From: Candidatus Gottesmanbacteria bacterium
Lineage (GTDB): Bacteria > Patescibacteriota > Microgenomatia > UBA10105 > UBA927
Direction of reading: 5' to 3'
DNA: 59,369 nucleotides
NCBI GenBank assembly: GCA_043798445.1
Contig: JAZDOQ010000016.1
Span: 1-59,369 of the forward strand
Position 1 is the first letter of the stretch, and every line of letters starts with the position of its first letter. Both the position numbers and the translations under genes were made by a program. The notes under the pieces are model-generated. The model ran no database searches and had not been told where the DNA came from. It worked only from the letters and a program-made list of their open reading frames with translations. Below are positions 20,284 to 29,611 of the stretch, one piece after another.

Positions 20284-21885
20284 ATGAAGCAATATATGTG
20301 GCTTATTATTGTCGTATTTCTAGCAGGTTTTTTACGTTTTTATAATGTCGCTTCTATTCCACCTGCACTTAATTCAGATGAAGTTGCAATAGGGTATAAC
20401 GCATACTCGATACTTAAAACTGGTCGTGATGAATACAATCGGTCATTTCCATTAACGTTTCGTTCATTTGATGACTATAAGATGCCAGTGTATGTTTACA
20501 TGGTTAGTGCAAGCATGGCATTATTTGGTACGTCTGATTTTTCAGTTCGATTTCCATCAGCTCTATTTGGAACACTCACTGTGTTGTTGACCTATTTTTT
20601 AGTAAAAGAGATCTGTAAGAAAAATAAGTTAGTTCCAATTCTAGCAGCCGTTCTTTTATCAGTCTCGCCATGGCATTTGATGTTTTCAAGAGCAGGATAT
20701 GAAGCAAATGTATCATTATTTTTTATTGTTTTTGGAGCATATTGTTTACTTGTTGGATTAAGAAAAGGATTGTATATTCCACTATCGGGAGTACTATTTG
20801 CACTTTCTATCTGGACGTATCACACAGCGCGTATTTTTGTTCCGCTTCTTTTTATTGGATTTGCGATTATATATGGGAAACACCTGTGGAAGCAGAAAGT
20901 ATATATGATTGTAGGGATACTTCTCGGACTTATTATTTTGTTTCCACTTATTAGATTATCCTTATCCGTTGAGGGGCAAATGCGTGCTATTGGTGTAAGT
21001 TCCTTTGCAAATTCGGATGATCTTAAGATTTCGATATCACGGATTATATATGATACGAAAAATAATTTATCTTTCTATTCTTTTTTTCATAATCGAAGAT
21101 TCGAATACTTTATTATTTTTATACGAGGATATTTTTCGCATTTTGATTTAAACTTCTTGTTTTTGGACAAAGCAATTGAGAAGTACCGCGCGCCGGGAGT
21201 CGGATTATTGTATCTTTTTGAATTACCACTTTTGTGTATAGGCGTGTATCAACTTATTCGCCAGTGGTCAAAAGGATCTGCTTTATTGTTTTGGTGGATT
21301 ATTATTTCACCTGTTGCAGCGGCATTCACCTTACAATTGCCACATCCTGTTCGAACGATTGTGTTTTTGCCGGTTATTCAGATTATCGCTGCATTAGGAG
21401 CAGCAGAAGTCCTTTCTAAGGCAAAACAACGTCTTACAGCTATTCTTCTATACATATTTGTTGCTTGTTGTGCGATGAATATTACCTACTTTTTCCACCA
21501 GTATTTTGTTCACATGCCCATTGAAAATGCGAAATATTGGTACGCTGGACGAAAAGAGATGGTCACTAAACTGGTACAATATGAGGATTCCTATGATCGT
21601 ATCATTGTCTCAAATCAATTGGATTTTCCCTATATATTCTTTTTATATTATGGACGCGTCGATCCACAACAGTATCAACAGAAAGGTGGTACAAAATCAG
21701 GTGGCTTTAATGAAAATGACAACGCGTGGGGTAAATACGAATTCCGCTCTTTAAGTTCTTTTGTGAGAGATCAGTATGAAAAAGTCCTGTTTGTTGGATT
21801 ACCAGGAGAAGAATTCAAAAAATCTTTGGTCGTCGATACAATATATTATCCTGATGGAAGCCCAGCAATCGTTTTCTTCAAATGA
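20284..21885 (+). CDS. GT39 (PMT_2)-like GT-C glycosyltransferase
   Basis: Motifs LNSDEVAIGYNAYSILKTGRDEY, DDYKMPVY, SPWHLMFSRAGYEAN and WGKYEFR. Close paralogue of 27923..29611, 35339..36964 and 36967..38595. Confidence 0.8.
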   Translation: MKQYMWLIIVVFLAGFLRFYNVASIPPALNSDEVAIGYNAYSILKTGRDEYNRSFPLTFRSFDDYKMPVYVYMVSASMALFGTSDFSVRFPSALFGTLTVLLTYFLVKEICKKNKLVPILAAVLLSVSPWHLMFSRAGYEANVSLFFIVFGAYCLLVGLRKGLYIPLSGVLFALSIWTYHTARIFVPLLFIGFAIIYGKHLWKQKVYMIVGILLGLIILFPLIRLSLSVEGQMRAIGVSSFANSDDLKISISRIIYDTKNNLSFYSFFHNRRFEYFIIFIRGYFSHFDLNFLFLDKAIEKYRAPGVGLLYLFELPLLCIGVYQLIRQWSKGSALLFWWIIISPVAAAFTLQLPHPVRTIVFLPVIQIIAALGAAEVLSKAKQRLTAILLYIFVACCAMNITYFFHQYFVHMPIENAKYWYAGRKEMVTKLVQYEDSYDRIIVSNQLDFPYIFFLYYGRVDPQQYQQKGGTKSGGFNENDNAWGKYEFRSLSSFVRDQYEKVLFVGLPGEEFKKSLVVDTIYYPDGSPAIVFFK

Positions 21886-21887
21886 TA

Positions 21888-23612
21888 CTAGAGTCGGCTG
21901 ATATACGTTTCACAGAAGCGTTGTTGTGAAAGTCCATCCATTGCAAAATCATGGATGGATATGTTTTGCGAATACCGTTTTAAGTTAAATCCATTGCAGA
22001 GTGAATCATTGTATATTCTATATAGTTCACCCCCATCAGAGAGTCTTGAAATGCTGAGATGTGGCACGTCGATGATTGATGAACAATTCCTATCTACAAT
22101 AGAAATTGTTGAAGAAGGTGAAATTACTAAGCGGTCATCACACGGAGCAAATGTAATACCTCCAAGGGTAAAGGTCGGTGTACTAAAATCAGATGTTATT
22201 TCCTTGATTGTTGATAGTGATATGCTATTTGTGTAAAAAAGAAATTTTCTGAAATAATCAGAATTTGCGTCAGAGTATAGAGTGATAGGGATGGAAAGTT
22301 TTCGTGCGGTTAATAGGTATTGAGATAAGACTCGTGCGTGAAAATCGAAATAGCCCCGAAGTGGATGTTGATAGACATAGACAGAGATAAATTTACCAAT
22401 GCTTATTAGGTATAAACAGCAGATTGCGGTCATAACAATTTTTTTCCAAGATTTATGCATGGACTGCACTAATTGTGTAATGCCGTAGGAAATTAATAGG
22501 ACCATAAATGGGAACATGAATGCGATATGATAAGAAAAATCTGTTTTATTTTTGTGAAAAAGCTGTGGGAGTGTAGCTACAAGAATAAATAAAGTAATGA
22601 GAATAAATTCAACCCGTTTTTTAGAAAATAAATAAAGGCTTCCAATAATAAGAAAGAGAGCATCGATGGCGTAAAACATTCCATGATTCCAAAGGGAAAA
22701 AAATTCATCTCCTTCAAGAAATAAATAGGTTGGGGAGAAGATTCGGTACAATTTGGTTACAAGAATTTGAATGTAGACGGTCATTTTATTGGTATATACC
22801 TGTGTTAACCAGGAAGAGATGCTATTTTTTCTAAAATAATCAACCTCCGACGCTATAGTTGAGTTTGTTGGAAGGAAAAGTTCTGACACCCTAGAACCTG
22901 TTGTCGTACGGGTAACTTGCATGAGAAAAAAGAGGGTAAAGAGTACGCTTATTATTCCAATAACTGCATATTGTTTTTGATAGCGCTTTCCATTTAATCG
23001 ATACGCAAGAAAAATGGAGATCAAAACAAATGGGATGAGTATTATTTTCGTTCCGATATAAGAATAAAATCCCAAGAGAAACGCAAGGCCACTAAGAAGA
23101 ATTAATGATTTTTGTTTTTGGATAACAAGGTAAAGCCCTAGTAAATAAAAAAATACTGCGATAGACCATTCATAGCTTGTTCTTCCAATATAAACCATCC
23201 AAGGATTTATCGCGGCAATAAGTCCAACAACTACTGCGGTTTTTGTATCAAATATTTTTCGAGCAATGCCATATAAGAGGATGACTATTCCTACACTGAG
23301 AATGGCAATGGGAAATCGAGCCGTGAATAAAGAAAAGGATAATAGGCCAGAAAAAGGAAGATGAATAAAATATGGTAGTTCTGCTTGCTGTTCATTTGGA
23401 GGATATTTGAAGATAAAAGCTGAGAGTGGATTCCATGTTCCTGTAAGATCTTTTCCAGTCTGAACAATGGACTTGGCAGAAATTAAGTAGGTAAGTTCAT
23501 CTCCTCCAATGGCGTTGGGTATACGATCAAGCCAAAAGAAACGGAAAAAGAGAGATATGATGAGAATAATACCGATCGGAATATAAGTAATAATTCGTTT
23601 CCGTATACCCAT
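21888..23612 (-). CDS. GT-C-type membrane glycosyltransferase, divergent GT39-like branch
   Basis: First loop GGDELTYLISAKSIVQTGKD, then INPWMVYIGRTSYE and FSPTYLFLEGDEFFSLWNHGMFY. Soluble Cys-containing C-terminal domain. Paralogue of 26165..27913. Confidence 0.7.
   Translation of the reverse strand: MGIRKRIITYIPIGIILIISLFFRFFWLDRIPNAIGGDELTYLISAKSIVQTGKDLTGTWNPLSAFIFKYPPNEQQAELPYFIHLPFSGLLSFSLFTARFPIAILSVGIVILLYGIARKIFDTKTAVVVGLIAAINPWMVYIGRTSYEWSIAVFFYLLGLYLVIQKQKSLILLSGLAFLLGFYSYIGTKIILIPFVLISIFLAYRLNGKRYQKQYAVIGIISVLFTLFFLMQVTRTTTGSRVSELFLPTNSTIASEVDYFRKNSISSWLTQVYTNKMTVYIQILVTKLYRIFSPTYLFLEGDEFFSLWNHGMFYAIDALFLIIGSLYLFSKKRVEFILITLFILVATLPQLFHKNKTDFSYHIAFMFPFMVLLISYGITQLVQSMHKSWKKIVMTAICCLYLISIGKFISVYVYQHPLRGYFDFHARVLSQYLLTARKLSIPITLYSDANSDYFRKFLFYTNSISLSTIKEITSDFSTPTFTLGGITFAPCDDRLVISPSSTISIVDRNCSSIIDVPHLSISRLSDGGELYRIYNDSLCNGFNLKRYSQNISIHDFAMDGLSQQRFCETYISRL
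21908..21959 (+). terminator. Two adjacent perfect hairpins downstream of the plus-strand operon, embedded in the 3' end of the convergent gene. Possible intrinsic terminator.
   Basis: TTTCACA (21908-21914) pairs with TGTGAAA (21925-21931), loop 10 nt. TCCATCCAT (21933-21941) pairs with ATGGATGGA (21951-21959), loop 9 nt. The second is followed by TATGTTTTG. Confidence 0.35.
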
Positions 23613-23642
23613 GTTTCTATTATAAACGTAATTAATGATAGA
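23613..23642. promoter_or_regulatory. 30-bp divergent intergenic region with overlapping -10-like boxes on both strands
   Basis: TATAAT on the minus strand (23619-23624) has its 3' end 7 nt from the A of the minus-strand ATG (23612). TATAAA on the plus strand (23621-23626) lies 17 nt before ATG 23643. No SD-like sequence on either side. Confidence 0.4.
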
Positions 23643-26162
23643 ATGAAGAGAGCAATGAAACGATTATTTTCTCGACTCGAAATCCTGATTATTTTAATAT
23701 GTGCGTGTATTGCAGTAGGTGTTTTTTTCCGTCCATATTTTTTCCAAAAGAAAATTCTTTTTCCTTCAAATTTACTTGTTACGGCCTTTGTGCCATGGAG
23801 GTATGAACCAGTTCCTGAATACCCAAATGGTCCGCCAAATAAACCAATTGCATTTGACGATATAAGACAGTTTTTCCCTAACAGAAAATTATTGCACGAA
23901 GAACTTGCAAAGCGAATTATTCCATTATGGAATCCATATATTTATAGTGGAACTCCGTTCATGGGAGCATTTGATACTGCGGTATGGTATCCATTGTCCC
24001 TCATAGCTGCACTTTTACCTGTTATTGAAGGGTGGAATTTTCTTGTTATTATACAACCGATTCTGTCTATTCTTTTTATGTATTTGTTTCTTTCTTCTTT
24101 GCATCGTAAGAAGCATATTGCGCTATTTGGTGCATTTGCGTATGCATTTTCAGGTTGGATGATTGTTTATTGGCAAGAAATATTGGTATTAGAGCACAGT
24201 TTTTTGTGGTTACCGCTTGCTCTTTACGCGTCCAATCGTATATGGAAAGAGTCTAAAGAGGTTCTTGGATTTTCTCTTTTAGTTATCGCGCTTGTGTGTT
24301 CTGTTTTTGGCGGTTTTTTACAAATGACAATATATGTTTATGGCATGGTGATACTTTGGAACATCTTTTGCTATTGGAGATTGAAAGAACAAAAAACATC
24401 GAATCTTTCATTCTTAAGGATAATGTTGCTTGTAGGTATATCAGTTGGAATCGCCTCAATACAGCTCGTTCCTTCAATAGAAGCGTTTTTACAATCCCCA
24501 AGAGGCACAGGGACGGGAAATTTTATTTTTAAAGACTTTTTACTTCCATTTCAACATCTTATGACATTCCTCGCACCTGATTTTTGGGGGAGTCCTGCCA
24601 CGTATAATTATTTTTTCACTAAGGGTTTTTATTTTGAAAAAATGATTTATATCGGAATCATTCCACTCATGTTTGCTCTCTATGCACTATTGTTTGAAAA
24701 AGGAAAAAATGTGGTATTTTGGAAGATTGTGGCACTCGGTGCATTGTCGCTTGGATTTGCTTTACCAACAAGCTTGCTCCCAAACCTACTTCATATACCA
24801 GTATTATCGAATTCTTATCCGACACGTATTTTTGCGATTTCCACATTTTCATTTATTATTCTTGCAAGTTATGGTTTGCAATCATTTTTGGCTCTTCCGA
24901 AGCGTAAGCTATTATTTATTGTGTTATCGATGTTAACCGTCGTGTTAGTTGCTGGTTGGATGGTTGTAGGGAGTACGTGGTGCACCTCCCATTCATATCC
25001 ATCAAATATAATTTGGTGTAAAGGAAAAATATCAGTGCTTTGGGATCTTATTAGTATTCCAGCTATTAGAAAAGAAGCACATCTATATTCTACTGTTTCA
25101 CTTCGAAATCTTATCATTCCAACCTTATTTCTTTTTTCTGGATGGGGAATATTAGTATTGTCAAAATTTTTTCTACGGTTTGTATGTATTTGTGTATTTG
25201 CGTTAACATTTTTTTCCAGCGTATATTTTGGTCAGAAATATGTTTCATTTTCAGAAAGACGCTTTGTGTATCCAGACTTAAACGTAACAAACAAAATTTC
25301 AGAAATCATTGGATATGATCGAGTGTGGGGTTATGGAAACGCATTTATTGAGAAGAACCTGCCGCAATACTATCGATGGTTTTCTACAGACGGATATGGA
25401 AATCTTTCATCCAAGCGATATGCTGAGTTCATTACAACAATTGCCAACAAAGGGAAATTAGGTGGTGTTATAAGAAGAAGTGATACCGACCTCTACGATG
25501 CCTCAGAACGTGATGATTTTGGGTATTCTAATCCATATAGACTTCGAATTATGTCACTTCTCGGAGTCAAATATGTTTTAGAAACAAAGAAGGGCGACCT
25601 CAAGGACTTTCAACGTACAGAAAAACGATTTCCCGCGGATACGTTTGTGTTAGTTTGGGAAGACGATATTTGGAGAATATGGGAATATAAAAAGGTACTT
25701 CCACGGGCATTTTTTGCAACAACGTATGTGGTAGCAAAGAATGATCAAGAGATTATGGATAGGATATATGATCCTACAACTGACCTTGAATCTACCGTTA
25801 TATTAGAAAATGAACCAATCAATGGTACAGTGTCACTCGATACAAAAGATATCATGAAATCGGATGTTGGTATTACGTCATATGGCGTAAATAAAGTAAC
25901 GATGACAGTTGACGCAAAACAAGATGGATTCGTTGTGTTAACTGACACCTATTATCCAGGTTGGTGTGCATACATTGATGGAAAGAAAACACAAATATAT
26001 CGAGCTGACTACACGCTTCGAGCCGTTTATGTACCAAAAGGACAACATAAAATTGAGTTTGTGTATATGCCCCAGTCTTTTCTTATTGGAATTTTTACCA
26101 CATCACTTGGAATCATTTTACTATGTATTTTTATCCTAAATAGGAAGAAAGTTAGTAAATAA
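23643..26162 (+). CDS. YfhO-family GT-C membrane glycosyltransferase
   Basis: Motifs IPLWNPYIYSGTPFMGAFDTAVWYPLS and APDFWGSPATYNYF. C-terminal LTDTYYPGWCAYIDGKKTQIYRADYTLRAVYVPKGQHKIEF, then a terminal TM and a Lys-rich tail. Confidence 0.8.
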   Translation: MKRAMKRLFSRLEILIILICACIAVGVFFRPYFFQKKILFPSNLLVTAFVPWRYEPVPEYPNGPPNKPIAFDDIRQFFPNRKLLHEELAKRIIPLWNPYIYSGTPFMGAFDTAVWYPLSLIAALLPVIEGWNFLVIIQPILSILFMYLFLSSLHRKKHIALFGAFAYAFSGWMIVYWQEILVLEHSFLWLPLALYASNRIWKESKEVLGFSLLVIALVCSVFGGFLQMTIYVYGMVILWNIFCYWRLKEQKTSNLSFLRIMLLVGISVGIASIQLVPSIEAFLQSPRGTGTGNFIFKDFLLPFQHLMTFLAPDFWGSPATYNYFFTKGFYFEKMIYIGIIPLMFALYALLFEKGKNVVFWKIVALGALSLGFALPTSLLPNLLHIPVLSNSYPTRIFAISTFSFIILASYGLQSFLALPKRKLLFIVLSMLTVVLVAGWMVVGSTWCTSHSYPSNIIWCKGKISVLWDLISIPAIRKEAHLYSTVSLRNLIIPTLFLFSGWGILVLSKFFLRFVCICVFALTFFSSVYFGQKYVSFSERRFVYPDLNVTNKISEIIGYDRVWGYGNAFIEKNLPQYYRWFSTDGYGNLSSKRYAEFITTIANKGKLGGVIRRSDTDLYDASERDDFGYSNPYRLRIMSLLGVKYVLETKKGDLKDFQRTEKRFPADTFVLVWEDDIWRIWEYKKVLPRAFFATTYVVAKNDQEIMDRIYDPTTDLESTVILENEPINGTVSLDTKDIMKSDVGITSYGVNKVTMTVDAKQDGFVVLTDTYYPGWCAYIDGKKTQIYRADYTLRAVYVPKGQHKIEFVYMPQSFLIGIFTTSLGIILLCIFILNRKKVSK

Positions 26163-26164
26163 GG

Positions 26165-27913
26165 TTACATAGGTTTAACAAAATATTTCTTGCAAAATTG
26201 TTCTGTAGGAAGTTTTTCAATATCCAGATCTTCAAAGGTTATGTTATGAACATAGGTATCAAGTTCATAGCCACTGCAAACGGCATCATGATATATAAAG
26301 TAAATAGATCCATTGTCTGAAATTTGTGGTAATACAATTTTTGTTTTAATTCCTTCGTAGCTTGGGCATTGTAAATCAGATTTTATTGCAACTGTAGTTG
26401 TTGTCGGATGGGGAATACTTGGACATTTAGCAAAGTGTATTGTATCCCAATCATATTGACCTGCTAGATACATATTGGCAATTTTTGAAACTGTGTTTCG
26501 AGTATATTGATTGGAATAAAAAATATATTGATTAAATAATTCACGTGACGATGCATTTTCAATAACATATACATCTGTTTTGTTTTCTCTTGCAAGAGAT
26601 ACATATCTAGCAAGCACTCGACCACTAAATCCAAATCCTTCTGAGTTAGCGATAGGATTTTTAAAAAAATAAATGTTTAGAAAGTTGAAAAACAATAAAG
26701 AATACACCAAACAAATAAGGCAAACGTTTAGTATTCGTGTACGCTTGTTTTTTCTTGAGAGTGCTACTGATATGCCTACGGAAATAATCATGAGCATAAA
26801 TGGGTACAGTAATGATGAACGTAATGTGTAAGATAATCCGACAATACTAAAAACAGAGGGAATTGGTGCAATGAGCATCGTAAGAGAAAAAAACCAGAAC
26901 AGGGCACGTTTGGACTTGAAGATAATGTATAAACCAAAAACAAAAAAGAGTACGTCAACATAATAAAATAGCCCGTGAGAGTATAAAGAAAATGTTGTTC
27001 TTCCTTCCCCATTAGTAAAAAGTAGAGTTGGAGAAAATGCTCCAAAATATTTGTCTAAGAACATTCTTCCAAAAACGGTTATTTTATTTGAGAGTAACTG
27101 TGTTAATGGTGTTTGTATTGTCAATCGACGTTCCGTGTTTACATGCGAAGCTACGTAGTTACTTGTCGGTGTAAGAATTTCATCTAGTCTCGATCCAAAA
27201 TTTTGTGTGTGAGCAGAGCGAAAGAAGAATAACCATGTGACCAGTATCATTAAGGTCAATAATAAGTAATGGGGAAAATATTTTGATTTATTAATATATT
27301 TCCATGCGTAAATGATTGCAGGAAGAAAGAAAAATCCAAGCACAGTGCTTGTGCCAATATAGCTATAGAGAGCGGCAATAAACGCGGGGTAGGCAAGAAA
27401 AATGCCCCATTTTTTTGCTACAAGCACAATATATATTGTTAAAAAAATAAAAAATACTGCTACTGGTGTATCAAAGCTTGTTCTGAAAAACATGATATTC
27501 CATGGATTCATGAGAGTAATTAATCCTGTTATTAGGGCAGTTTTCTTATCTGTAAGTTTTTCCATGATGCCATACACTACAAGCGCAAATAAAACACCGA
27601 GAATGGCATACGGCAGACGGGCTGTAAATAACGACAATGATGATGGTCCAATAATGTAGGAAAATAGTATAGAGGGAACTCGCGCAAATGGAGCATAAAT
27701 ACCTGATGGAATTGTTAGAGAGAGAAGTGATATTTCTTGAGAAAGATCCTTTCCAGTAAAAAAGAATGATTTGGCAGTGAGTACGTAAAATAACTCATCA
27801 TCGCTAATTCCGGATGCAACTTTTCCTAGCCAAATAAAACGGATTGATATTAGGAATATACATAGAATTATTACAAGTAATGGTATTACTATTCGAGATT
27901 TTCGATATTTCAT
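26165..27913 (-). CDS. GT-C-type membrane glycosyltransferase, divergent GT39-like branch
   Basis: First loop SDDELFYVLTAKSFFFTGKD, then MNPWNIMFFRTSFD and FSPTLLFTNGEGRTTFSLYSHGLFY. Paralogue of 21888..23612. Confidence 0.7.
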   Translation of the reverse strand: MKYRKSRIVIPLLVIILCIFLISIRFIWLGKVASGISDDELFYVLTAKSFFFTGKDLSQEISLLSLTIPSGIYAPFARVPSILFSYIIGPSSLSLFTARLPYAILGVLFALVVYGIMEKLTDKKTALITGLITLMNPWNIMFFRTSFDTPVAVFFIFLTIYIVLVAKKWGIFLAYPAFIAALYSYIGTSTVLGFFFLPAIIYAWKYINKSKYFPHYLLLTLMILVTWLFFFRSAHTQNFGSRLDEILTPTSNYVASHVNTERRLTIQTPLTQLLSNKITVFGRMFLDKYFGAFSPTLLFTNGEGRTTFSLYSHGLFYYVDVLFFVFGLYIIFKSKRALFWFFSLTMLIAPIPSVFSIVGLSYTLRSSLLYPFMLMIISVGISVALSRKNKRTRILNVCLICLVYSLLFFNFLNIYFFKNPIANSEGFGFSGRVLARYVSLARENKTDVYVIENASSRELFNQYIFYSNQYTRNTVSKIANMYLAGQYDWDTIHFAKCPSIPHPTTTTVAIKSDLQCPSYEGIKTKIVLPQISDNGSIYFIYHDAVCSGYELDTYVHNITFEDLDIEKLPTEQFCKKYFVKPM

Positions 27914-27922
27914 GATAAAACG

Positions 27923-29611
27923 TTACTTTTTTTCCACTAATACATAGGAAATATCAGCTATTGGATACTGCATGATTTGTTGGCCTACAGCAAAGACAAC
28001 TGGCCGCTGGGGATAGTAGAATGTTTTGAGTAGCGGGACATCTGGAGGTTTTTGGTCGTGAGACGTAACAATAAGGGTCCGCGGATAGTTGAGATCGTCG
28101 TTCCAGTTGACAGCCCGGAATTCATATTTGCCGAATCTGTTAGGAAATGAAAATCCTTCAGAATCATCCCTGTTCCATTTTGCGTCGCGTTGAAACTCAA
28201 TGGGTGGATAGGCGAGATAATACACGAGTGAAGAGTACATGAAACCGCATTTGTCATCAATGATGATTTTGTCGTATTTCGATTCATGATTTTTGATGTA
28301 TAAAGACACGTCTTTGTCTCCCACTCTCCATGGTTTGGCATAGAGAATTGGAAAGCGTACGTAATAAGAAGCAAAATACGAAAAGATTTGGTATAAACAG
28401 ATACCGATAATAAAAAGGTACGTTAGTGTTTTGATATATTTAGATTTTAACGTGGAAATATATGTGTACAACGAAATGATTCCTAGCGCTGAAAGAATAG
28501 TAACAGGAATGACGATGAAAAACGCCCGTGTGGCGTGCGGTGACTCACGGGTGAGAGCGACTATAGCAATAGTTGTAATAATCCAAAAACCAATGAGTGA
28601 ATGAATCTTCTTTTTTAATCCGTATATAATTCCAAGAATAATAGTCACAGTTTCAAATAGATACCATTGACCAACTGTACCAATACCATGATTTCCGTGG
28701 AGAGATCCCATTGTGAAGAAAAACGTTGGAGAAAAGAAATTTATAACGTTTTGCAGCCATTGGACAAACGTAAGAAGCGGTTTATTAAACAGTATTCTTG
28801 TGATTGTGATTGGCCAAGACGAAAAGTATGAACGCCATTCAAGAAGCGGGGCTTGAACATACGCACTTGACCACATCATTGTTCCTGATGTTGAAGATAC
28901 CCCTCCATTTTGCACCATGCCGATTGCCATGGGAGCAAAAGAACATATCCCAAATATGGCAATGATAATCCAGGAACCAATACGGAATTGTTTCATTGAT
29001 TGGTAAGAGGTGATGAATAAAAATACGAGAGATAATGGAGCTAACAATCTTGCAATATTGTACGTATATCCAGCAAGAGCGAAGAAGAGGATGGATAGAC
29101 CAATAAAGAGTGCTGATGACCGTCGTTTTGCAATTAACCAAAGGAGGAAAGCAAAAGTAATAAAAAAAAGAGCAACTGTCACTTCAAACGCACCACGGGA
29201 AAGATGAAGGTGCCAAGGATTAATTGCAAGAAGCGCTGTTGCGATGAGAGGTAGAGTGTCGTTAATACGAGAAAAAAGTTCCTTTACCAAAAAGTACATC
29301 AATAAAACAGTAAAAACCCCTAACACTGCTGATGGTAATCGAACAGCAAGTGGTGTCGGTCCAAGAAACGCAATTGGAATCGTTGATAGATAAATATAAC
29401 CAGGTAATTTGTATTCACCGAATGCTTTAAAATTTTGAGGGTATGAGACCCCATGCTCATCTTTTCCTGTTTGTAAAATTGCGTACGCATTATATCCGAT
29501 TGATGTCTCATCCTGACTTAATCCTGGTGGAATACTACTGAGTTTATAGAGGCGTAAGAACGCAGCGATACAGATAAGAAAAATAAAAAGAAGTAAAGAT
29601 TTTAGTTTCAT
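27923..29611 (-). CDS. GT39 (PMT_2)-like GT-C glycosyltransferase
   Basis: Motifs SQDETSIGYNAYAILQTGKDEHG, GEYKLPGY, NPWHLHLSRGAFE and FGKYEFR. Confidence 0.8.
   Translation of the reverse strand: MKLKSLLLFIFLICIAAFLRLYKLSSIPPGLSQDETSIGYNAYAILQTGKDEHGVSYPQNFKAFGEYKLPGYIYLSTIPIAFLGPTPLAVRLPSAVLGVFTVLLMYFLVKELFSRINDTLPLIATALLAINPWHLHLSRGAFEVTVALFFITFAFLLWLIAKRRSSALFIGLSILFFALAGYTYNIARLLAPLSLVFLFITSYQSMKQFRIGSWIIIAIFGICSFAPMAIGMVQNGGVSSTSGTMMWSSAYVQAPLLEWRSYFSSWPITITRILFNKPLLTFVQWLQNVINFFSPTFFFTMGSLHGNHGIGTVGQWYLFETVTIILGIIYGLKKKIHSLIGFWIITTIAIVALTRESPHATRAFFIVIPVTILSALGIISLYTYISTLKSKYIKTLTYLFIIGICLYQIFSYFASYYVRFPILYAKPWRVGDKDVSLYIKNHESKYDKIIIDDKCGFMYSSLVYYLAYPPIEFQRDAKWNRDDSEGFSFPNRFGKYEFRAVNWNDDLNYPRTLIVTSHDQKPPDVPLLKTFYYPQRPVVFAVGQQIMQYPIADISYVLVEKK

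Noticed and set aside
25938-25964. A 27-nt segment (25938-25964) matches the reverse complement of 29791-29817 at 25 of 27 positions, in the oppositely oriented YfhO paralogues. This could be an inversion or recombination site.
   Set aside because: It encodes the conserved LTDTYYPGW motif in both genes. The similarity falls off immediately outside the motif, so it reflects protein-level constraint rather than a dedicated recombination site. It is also too short for efficient homologous recombination.
26163-26260. A possible terminator hairpin at the second convergent junction, for example TATGTT-ATG-AACATA near 26240.
   Set aside because: It has only a 6-bp AT-rich stem with a 3-nt loop and no following T-run, which is indistinguishable from chance in this composition.
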